A stretch of 46,272 nt of DNA, counting the filler, from Sphacelaria rigidula (taxonomy: Eukaryota), in the NCBI GenBank assembly GCA_964200075.2. It is 2 parts of 2 records of this genome, joined end to end, with 100 filler letters (N's around TTAATTAATTAA, not from the genome) between each part and the next. Parts side by side here need not be neighbours in the genome. Positions count along the whole stretch, not along the records: positions 1 to 23,095 come from CAXNAA020000287.1; 1 more part is not named here. The stretch is one strand, 5' to 3'. A program made the translations under genes and the position numbers. The notes under the pieces are model-generated. The model saw nothing but the letters and a program-made list of their open reading frames with translations. It searched no databases and was not told where the DNA came from. Of the stretch, positions 10,451 to 19,600 are shown piece after piece. How positions within the stretch are numbered: the stretch's first letter is position 1; each line of letters begins with the position of its first letter.

Positions 10451-13400
10451 ACTGAAAGATCCCATACGCACCCCCGCACCGACTACGCTGCCGGTTGGAA
10501 CGAAGGTGCGAATGCCATGTTTGTATCAGGTGCGCCGAATCTGTTTGCTTGCGCCGTTCAATCATGTAGGATGTACATCACGATCGCTCGCAAGATATAC
10601 TGCTATCACGCCCGCAAATTGTGTGTTGTATCCTGCTGTTTTAATAGATGCGTCTCTACAGCAACAAGCATGCCCATTGTGTTGGTCTTGCGGAGGTGCA
10701 GGATGACGAGGATGCTTCTGAAGCTCTGCGCCGGTGGCGCCCTAGATCTTGGCAACGGTTGAAAGGTGTTATCGTAGTCAAACTGATCGAGGCGCTCGTG
10801 CCTGTTGCCTTCATTCCGCATAAAAATGCACCTTCTGTCTCCGGTGTGAAACGTGTGACGTTGAACGACCTCTTCGAGAGCGATAACGACAGTCTTGTTC
10901 TGTGGGACGTTGCCCATGTTCGCCTCGCGAGAGATTTGACGCCACGTCCTCCGACACCGGCACCTTCGGCAACTAAGAGTGCAAGTGCCGCTTACGATGA
11001 TGACGCCGTGTTCTTCGCTGCTGATCCACCTTGCCATGTCGTGCGCTCGCCAGGTAAGATCTTGCCCCCTTCTGTGATGGCGTTGTGATGGCTTGTGAAA
11101 CCCTTGCATTTGGGGTACTTGGCGCTTTGTTCACGACGACATCGGATAAATCAAACCAAACTTCTTTGCATGGTCCTCCCTGTAGATGACGAAGACTTGG
11201 ATGAGGACGGAGAGGACAGCGATGGGCATGATGACGGTGAGGACAGCGATGGGCATGATGACGGTGACCTCGGTCTTAGGCGCCGTGCTTGCCACACGGG
11301 AGCCGTCGACGACAGCGATGGTGATATCAACATGGATCAAGATGCCAATGCTGCGAAGGTAGAAAGCAATTTTTTTCAAGTGAAGATCACTGTTATCCCT
11401 GAAGGTTGTTACCTGCAGACGCCAATCGTCGGTGTACCGCCACTGCCGTTCTTCAACGTTGGTTGTATTCCTCCAATTTTCGCAGGAGAGGAGGCGCATG
11501 CTCAGGGTTCGCCTCGGCATCTTTCACGCGCTTCAGCGTCTGTCGCGCCTGCTGAAGAAGAGCCATGGTGCCTTCAGACCCTTCATGGCTCGATTGAGAG
11601 ACGCTTGCTTCATCGTAAATCTAGCCGACATCAAAGAGGCAAGTGTTGTTGACATTTCGTCTGCTGTTGGTCGCGTAAGTGACTTTTGTGAGGATTTGAA
11701 CTTTGTGCATATATGAGTTCCGGCGGTGTGCTGAAGCTTGCATCGCAACCACTACGCTCGTTTCGATTTCGTTTTCAACCTAGATATCTGTTCGGTAATG
11801 ACAGGCCGAGTTAGCTCTGAAGGCGCAAGGCATGAAACCGGAGGAGGTGGCAACTTACAAGGGAAAAAACTGGCCCTTTTTTCTGCGGAACTGCCGGCGA
11901 TTGGTACCAAACCGGGAACGTTTGTCGGCACATTTCGATTCAGTGATCGACCAATTCCGGAAAGTGATCAACGCGAAATCCGGAGAGCTTCTCCTTCGGC
12001 CGGAAGCAATGGAGGCCATTAACCTCCTCCGCAAGCACATCGAAGCTGGCTGCCTCAGCGACCCTGACGGAGTGCCGCTGTACTACGCAACAGGCAAAAG
12101 CGCAGCCGGGATCACTACGCGTCGCTGTGTCAGAGGGACCAATAGCACTGAGGTTAGGTTTATGTCCAGAGCACTAATGGAGATTAAATCAACGAGCCAA
12201 TCCATCGCCATCAAAAATCATATATCTATGTTGGTCGTGTCACGTGTGACTTCCTTCCTCGGCTTGGCAATGGGAAAGATTTTTGTAGTATGGACCTGAC
12301 ATGCGTTTTGTTTTTTGTCGTTTCCTGTACATGACTGTTCTTGAAAGGGTTATCGTCATTATTTCCGCAGGTTGCTTTTACCATACTGCGCATCTCCCTC
12401 GCTGGCTCACTCCATGCTCCTCGAGTTCAATCATCGTTGGAATATCAAGATGGCTGTGAAGAACCGCGACCTGCGGAAGGATATTGGAGGATGTTTCGAC
12501 CAGTTCGATATTGAGATATTTCAGCGCGAGACGTCCACTTGGTACCCGGACAGCCCCTTGTTTTCTGAGTGGGTTTCTGCACTTGATGCTGCAGACACGG
12601 GTGAGAGGAGTGGGCTTTCGAAGAGCACATGAGGTGGTGCGGTTGGCAGCGTGCCAGCAGATTTCGTTGGTGACCAAGGGATGGTTCAGGAACCGGTGCC
12701 CCTCCCGAGGCTCACGCACTCTGCAAAGCAATACGCACACATGATGAACGTTGAAATGCCTGAAACGCCCGTATACAATGCAGTCGAGATGAGGAAATTC
12801 GCCGCTGAGCTAGACGCGTACCTTTTCATTACAGGCGATCGGATGGGGAGACTCCAGCAGCACCAGAGTATCAACTTCGATAAGTGGGCAGTAGAGTGGA
12901 ATAACCACTGTGAATCGATCGAGTCCGGTCGGACGGAGTGGGAAGCCGTCTACCGGAAAACCTCCAAGCAACTACAGTCTCACTACGAGCAGTATAAGCA
13001 AAGCGCCAATGCGACGAGCACAATGTTTACTATACGTCAAACGCATGCTGAATTGCGAGGTTCTTTACAGGACCCAGGAGGGGAGGGGTTGTTTGCTGGT
13101 CTAGTCGGTAGTGTAGTACCCCCTGCTGTTCCGCGGAGTCGTTCTGAGGCAGGCATTGGCGGTGGTGAGGGAGGGGGTGCTGCGGGCGGCGCGGGCCCGT
13201 CAGCTAGGAACGATGCAGAGTTCAACGATGTTGGGAGATGCGGGGATGCAGAAATTAACTGCGAACCCACGCCCAAGAAGTCCAAGGGCCCACCCCGAGC
13301 CCCACAACAGTGCCGTACGTGTGGCCACTGCAAACAACGCGGTGGTTACAAGCGATTTCACCCTACACCGCGAGAGAAAGGGATGCCGCAATGCAATGTA

Positions 13401-13743
13401 CCGCTACAAGAGCGCCGCCCTGAATCATGTAGAAACGGTAAAAGGAGATGCCGTGGGGGAGATCGGGCATGGTCTCGGTGTGACTGTGAAAAATGCACAG
13501 TAGATGACGCATGATTGTTGCGAGATAATTAGACTCTGTGTTTAACTGGTAGAGTTGATCTCTGGTGCACTGTAAATGATGAACCAGCAATCACTTTCAG
13601 GAGAGAAAGTGCTTGGACTGCTTCGTTTTCTTCCGATGTTTAAGCCTTTGACCGCGAGGTTAGGTCACCGGCTGAATCGCCATCAATTCCACTTGAAAAA
13701 GTATGCGTGATCCAGATAGACTACCCTCGCGGTCGAATGGTCA

Positions 13744-14430
13744 ATGGGTTGACGTGTTATTGCCGTGTGTTATGTACTTTTGCCGCGCCAGTTGCCTAGC
13801 TGCCCTGCTTACACCGACTCCTTCGAAACCGTGAGGTCATCCGGTGAATACTCATGTATCGAACGCAAAAAACCGGGTGGAAATTGAGCATAATCTCGAA
13901 GAGAAACATCAAAGTTTGTAAAATTGCCGGCTCAGATCGCACGCGCCGGTGGGAAACACAAGTCCCTTATTATATATCCAGGGTTCATGGGTTGACGTGT
14001 TATTGCCGTGTGTTATATACTTTTGCTGCGCCAGCTGCCTAGCTGCCCTGCTTACACCGACTTCTCCGAAACCGTGAGGTCATCCGGTGAATACTCATGT
14101 GTCGAACGCAAAAAAACGGGTGGAAATTGAGCCCGATCTTAAAGAGAAACGCCAAATTTTGTAGTCCCTCACGAGTATTAATATTCAGGGTTCATGGGTT
14201 GACGTGTTATTGACGTGTATTATGCGCTTTTGCCGCGCCAGTTGCCTAGCTGCCTTGCTTACGCCGACTTCTCCAAAAACGTCAGGTCATCCGGTGAATA
14301 CTCATGTACCAAACGCAAAAACCCGGGTGGAAATCGAGCCTAATCTCGAAGAGAAACATCAAAGTTTGTAAAATTGCTGGCTCAGATCGCAGCACCGGTG
14401 GGAGATACAAGTCCGATGTTACATATATAC
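13744..14430 (+). repeat. 3-copy tandem array (243, 207 and ~237 bp) in the 3' subterminal region of the Dada-like element
   Basis: Units start atgggttgacgtgttattg at 13744, 13987 and 14194 and share gcgccagttgcctagctgcc, gtcatccggtgaatactcatgt and gggtggaaat. Unit 2 lacks the ggctcagatcgca...caagtcc block. Confidence 0.95.
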
Positions 14431-15372
14431 GAAGTACATTTTAATTATTTCCTACAGTGAAAAAAAAATTCGCGTTTCGCGCGATTTATTTAATTCACTA
14501 CAAATTCGTCCCCATTTATGAGTGTTGTGCCAAAATTCACGCATTTCGTAGCTCTAGTGAAGCCAAATCGCGTAAAAACGTGTCTCCGGCATGGCGCCTC
14601 CAGCAGGGGCCGGCTGGCCTCCCTCTGCCGAGGAGGGGGGAGCTTTTTGGCTCGCGGCTGCCCCGCTCAATGATCAAACCATTATGTATCATTCAACTGG
14701 TTAATGAGTGCGCTACGCGTAACCATTAACCATTCAACTGGATAATATAGTAGTTAAACAAACCATTTCCGAGCTCTACTCATATCTGTACAGCCCTCAT
14801 AACCCTCTCGAGTTGAGAAGCGTACGACCATGTCCACATGTGCACAGCCTGTGTAAGCTACCGGAGGTATACATCGTGTGGAACAGAGCTGTGCGGCATG
14901 GTACGGTACGACAGGGTGCCTAAACACCACACGCCTAGCTCGAGTGTCCAAACCATACGCTACCGGTTGAACGCGATAGTGTCCCGCAAATTCGCGACGC
15001 CTCACTGATGAAAGATGTATGATAACGACCGTATGTTCAGTACAGTACCACATTCCTTTCACAGGATAACGAGTGGTAGGTACGAGAATAGTGAAAACAA
15101 CAAGGCACCAAGCCATCGTCTCGTGGGGGAGGGTTTTGATACAGTTGCAGTTGTAGGAACAAACAAGCTCTTGCAATGAAGCCCATGGTTACTGATTTAA
15201 AAATTCTAGATACAGTCAGTCACAGCAGTAGAGATAGTATCATAAATACTAGTACTCCCCCTCCCACCTGGACTGAACATGATACATGACACATGTCACT
15301 CGAGAGTTCGTTCAAACGAGGATGTTCAACTTGCAGCACAAGACAAGAAAACAGAATCCAACACAAACACAC

Positions 15373-15897
15373 CTTCCTCGGCCCAGTACTCAACTCTGGC
15401 AATCCATTTTCAATCTCCACCCCCTTAAGAGCCTCAAGCCAGCCTTGATCCTCCGCAAATAGCGGCCGCAGCGCTCTCCGGCGCCTGCCACGCCCACAAG
15501 CGACCCCAGTAGGTGACCCTGACTGCAGTGGATGATTCCCCTGCCGACTTTCCCAAAGCCGACTTTTCGCAGCAGCAAACTTTTGCTGCATCGCGCTATT
15601 CATCATGTCAATCTGTATACCATGATGACTTCTGCTGGACCTTCTGCTGCGCTGCTGTTCGCCTTGCTGCCTACGACCAGCCACTACCCTGTCGCCAAAG
15701 GTCGATGCTCGTGTTGCTGTTGATGTGGGGATGGATTGTTGCCTGACGAAGGAAGTGACATGATGCGGTGTGCTAAATGCTTGTACAGCTGTGCTCCTAT
15801 TTTGCCCTATTCCTCCGCATTGCGTGGTCAAAGCTGCTGTCGCCCAAGCTACCGCTAGCACTCTCGGGGGATGGCTCGTTTGTGTCGTGCTTCTCAT
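15373..15897 (-). CDS. Exon 1 of a putative plastid-targeted protein (function unknown)
   Basis: MRSTT..RVLAVAWATAAL..AVQA|FSTP resembles a signal peptide plus ASAFAP-type A-F cleavage motif. An S/T/R-rich transit-like stretch ends RPLFAEDQGWLEALK. Phase-0 donor AAG|GTGTGT at 15373/15372. Downstream exons not identified. Confidence 0.65.
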
Positions 15898-16672
15898 GGT
15901 TTCACGCAACTATTCCCTATTACGATACTGCTTCTGACAGCAGGCATGGTCTACTGAGCTGTCGGTGCGAGAAAATGTTCCGAAATATACCTTCGTATGA
16001 TAACGGTGTATAACACCCCCATTTCAGCCATGTGATGATCATCAACGCCCGTTGTTCGCGAATGAGAGACCAATGCTAGTCCTGAGATATCAAACATATC
16101 TCAGGCATAGTCAAGCGACTTTATCTGCCCTGCAACTTAATCTTCGGCGGGGTGTGCTCGTTGAGATTCGACGCCAACCACGCTGTATGAACTCCCTGTG
16201 GATAATGGCAATTCTACAGGATTCTTTTCAAGGTTCCAGCTGTTGTGAGGGCAGAGAATAGAGTGAGGAGGAGTAAAGGCACTTCTACAGGTTCACTCCT
16301 GTAGCCTCGGCGTGGCGAGGCCGTGAGGTTCAGCTGTCGCGAGATCTGAACTGCCGAATTCTGTATTTTTTTGGAGTAATCGCTCGAGTTCGTAGCATAC
16401 TGCGTGTGTGTGCGAACCCTACAGAGTGAAAGTTCACGATTTTTGAAAATCGAAACCTATACTGTATTCGGCATAGGTCGTGCAAGAGACGGAGCGCAGC
16501 AGGTTCCAGGTGCCCCTGCACCGTCCCACCACCTGGTGACAGTGCAGTAGTGTACAGTCCAGTCCCGTACAACGGCACCGCGGTACTGATTGTACCGTGC
16601 TTTTGTGCAGTACGACGGCTGTACCGCACTGTTTTACAAGAGCAGGAGGCGCAGCAGGCTGCAGCTAGCCGC

Positions 16673-19600
16673 ATGTCCCTACACCAGCAACTCCTAGGTG
16701 TAGGCGGGGAATCACGCCGCGAGAACTCTCAGCAGCGACAGTCGGGAGCTTCGCCTTCGCCCGCTCCCCAGCGTCCTATACCCCCACATACTCATAGGAA
16801 GCGCCCGAGGTCCCCACAAGGTGCTGCTGCTGCATCAGGGGGTGTGACAATATCAGGGGGGGTGGATGGAGGCGATGGTGGCGGAGGTGATTTCCAGTAT
16901 CGTGTTATTCGTAGGGAGGATGGTTCGGATGTCGCCGGAGTCGCTGAGGCTCTGCATGCCTCTAAAACTCAACACAAAATCAATAATCACCGAGACCGCC
17001 ATGCTGGTCGGAGCAACATTCACATTCCGATTGCGCAGGACGGCAGCAGTGGTAGCACTGCTGGAATCCGAGGCGGCCCCGTCGGCAATGGCACTGCTTC
17101 TGCCTCATCTTCGCCTGCGTCTCTTGGTATGAACCCACAACAGCAGGTTCAGTTTCTTGCGATGGGTAGTGAAAGCCGCCTTCAGCACAACGGTGCTGTC
17201 AGTGGGGGGCGTATCCAGGGGGGTGGGATGTCGGTATCTGCACACGGGGAACGGAGGAGCGGCAGTAGCAGTGAGCAGTCTGCGTGGCCGGGAAATAAGG
17301 AGGAGAATTGGAAGCGGCGGTGTCAGGCTCAGATGCATACGCACCAGCAACAGCAACATCGTCACAGAGAGGAGTATCAGTCTCGGCATGATGCTGGCGG
17401 CGGCGTTTGCAGCAGCAGTAGCAGTAGTGCTAGTAGCTCTCCAAGGCAGGGTAGCAGTAATTCCTCCGCGCCGCATCAGCCGGTAGTGTCGCCCGCAGCA
17501 GAACAATCGACGAAACTGCAAAGTAGTGATACACCGACAGCGACAGCGACAGCAGCATCGGCGATCGGTATGGGTGCGGGTGCAAGTGACGGTAGCGGCA
17601 GGCCTGCGAAACCGCCTCTAACGGAAAAAGAGATACTCCAGAGGAGGCGACGGAAAGAGCAAAGGCAAAGAAAAAAGCTGGAGAAGCAGCAGCAGCAGCA
17701 GCAGCAGCAACCAGCACAGCAACCACAACAACAGCCACAAATACTCCAACCCCAGTCCCAGCCCCTGCCGTCGCTCGTACAAGACCAGAAACAGCAACCG
17801 AACCCTCCTCCCAAAAAGCGAGCAAAGCCTAAAAAGGACCAGGATAAGCGAAACGCCACCCAGCAGATGCGGGAAGCTGCAAGGCAGCGCTATGACCGAT
17901 TGGAAGCTGCTGAGCGAGAAAGGGAGCGGGGTGCTCAAGCAGCGCCGGTAGCGTCGGCGGTAGCCGCGTCCGGCCCCGCGGAGAGAGCAACAACTGCCGG
18001 CCAGAGGGCTACGAGTAATGGTGGACGTTCGGCGGGGGCAGGGGACACAGCGGGGCAAAATATCCAGCAGCAAAAGGTGGCAGTTCGGAAGGAATCAACA
18101 GCGACTTCGGCGGCGGTGGAGCCGAAACACCCGGAGAAGGCTGCGCTGATTGCTCTCAAGGATGGGCATGGGGTGAGCTGCTTTTTTTGCTTGTCATTGA
18201 TGTTATGGACAAAGGGGGATGTAGCGATATTTCGAAAACTGGAAAAAAGGGTGGTGGAGGAGGAGGGAGAGAAGGAGGAAGCCGGGGGGAGGGGTGGCGG
18301 GGGGGGGGGTGCTACCAATGCTACTGTGTTATTGTTTAGCAGGTGCACTAACTTATTATCCAGAGAACAACGAAAACACTGTGACTCGGCGCTGCCTGGG
18401 CTACGAGAAACTTGCTTGGGGGAACAACCTTGAAAACTCCGTATTTGCTCCGAATAAATCTATATAAATGTATCATGCCTGGGCGCGGCCTTGACTGTGA
18501 GGAATCCGTATTTTACCCGACAAAAATGGCAGGAGGGAAGGGGGGTGGATATGGTTCTTGAAAAAAACACTACAAGCGCCCTTGCTACAGACGGCAGTCA
18601 TGAAAGAATGGCACGGTGTGCCGTTATTGTTGGCAGGGACGAAGATTAAAAGAAAAAAAAAACGCCTTGATTGACGGTGTCAAATGTTTTCATTTCTTGT
18701 CTACTGGCAGTACCGCGAGTTTGGGATATTTATCTGTTGCAGGCGTGGATGGACAACGGTTGGGCATGGACTGTTAGCGAGAGTTCCTCAGAAACAAGTC
18801 TAGGCAATGGGTGTGTAGAATCCTCGCCGTCTCTCCACCGATAAAAACTTCTTGCAACATATGCACGAATATTCTTAGATAAGCATATGAAGAATTGCGA
18901 GAGGGAAAATCGGCGAATTCCCCCGAGGATGAAATATACTAATGATGTACACATTTTGGCACCGCATTGCATCACCGTTGTGTCTGGGTCCGAGTGCCTC
19001 TTCGTCATCAGTGCCTAGGTGAATCTATTTAGTGTGTCATCGCTGCGTAGTGCACACAGACTATGCTGTTTCTGGGTGCGTGCGCTCGGTGTCATGATGC
19101 TCTCTGCCCAGCTCTCTTGACAACGCTGCAAGTGGCACGTGTGTCGAAGACTGCCCCATTCATTGAGCATCCCACGTATTTCCAACTGCTGTTCCCCGAA
19201 AATGATTTTGAAAATGCCTCTGCCTCCGGCAAGTAATGTTAGGCGATCCGTAACGGAACATGGCTCATCATTTTGCTGCTTTTGATCGTTCACAAAACTC
19301 ATATTTCTTGGATTCGCGCGAGATTTAAGCTTTCGTCTTTTTAGAAGTTTCTTGCAACCACGTAGGGTTGACTCCGGAAGCTCTACGGGTGATGGAGAAC
19401 CCGCACCGCCTCCTCGTCGAAAAACACACCCGCCGCTGGCAGTCCCTGGATGGATATTCCTCGACTGTCGTCTGGGAAAAAAATGTTCAGAGACGAAGTT
19501 GGCGGTCAAAGAGCCAACGCCGATGTTTTTTTGCTCTCAAATACGTCCACGGATAAACGAAAAAGGTGGCGGTGGAGCACTTGACAATGCTGATCGGACT

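Larger units (their letters stand above)
6262..13514 (+). pseudogene. Dada-type DDE transposase with inserted DEDDy 3'-5' exonuclease; 14 exons, ~1555 codons, inactivated
   Basis: Phase-consistent exon chain: 6262-6301, 6444-7108, 7283-7466, 8283-8742, 8903-9088, 9251-9368, 9492-9922, 10015-10237, 10392-10505, 10648-11053, 11186-11358, 11486-11638 (GC donor), 11805-12152, 12348-13514. Motifs: AT-hook RKRGRPVGSKNK; DUF6729-like FYPKKVFTWVP..CPHC..G(W)..PRRV..YYCKRC..FNAWD..FVLTKKAA; first D in LAGDASFK (8981-8983) then IMNEYDQ; second D in LFTDECCEDR (split by intron 6); RL(G)IFH as the DxxH position; GCLSDP; CVRGTNSTE/G (E at 12150-12152); HRWN; C-terminal CRTCGHC..CDCEKC. Lesions: 1-nt loss ~6887, TGA 7405, TAG 8320, donor GT>AT 9369, +1 nt ~10123, D>G 11516, TGA 12630. 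Confidence 0.88.
5890..14560 (+). mobile_element. Dada-like DNA transposon (approximate ends)
   Basis: Contains the transposase pseudogene. 5916-5962 (aattttaggcactacgccgatacatggggatagatttgtgtagtgaa) is an imperfect inverted copy of 14494-14537 (reverse complement aattttggcacaacactcataaatggggacgaatttgtagtgaa). Exact termini and TSD not resolved. Confidence 0.7.
5130..14778. mobile_element. Outer TIR element (hAT-like shell) enclosing the Dada-like element
   Basis: Perfect 17-bp TIR TAGAGCTCGGAAATGGT (5130-5146; inverse 14762-14778). Flanks ctcacaac (5122-5129) and ctcatatc (14779-14786) match 6/8, a possible decayed 8-bp TSD. TAGAG termini with 8-bp TSD are hAT-like. Subterminal ccagtt/atggtt motifs occur on both arms. 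Confidence 0.7.

Noticed and set aside
9542-10505. Stand-alone host WRN/EXD-like exonuclease gene
   Set aside because: The exons splice in frame with DDE transposase motifs on both sides and lie within inverted-repeat-bounded DNA.
13744-14430. CRISPR-like array
   Set aside because: Units exceed 200 bp, are homologous along their length without unique spacers, and the context is eukaryotic with no cas genes.
17105-18348. Overlapping antisense ORFs with poly-Cys/Leu/Ala
   Set aside because: Shadows of the CAG-rich plus-strand exon.
18711-18758. YREFGIFICCRRGWTT as the start of a 3CxxC zinc finger
   Set aside because: No downstream Cys pairs found in compatible exons, and the acceptor choice is ambiguous.
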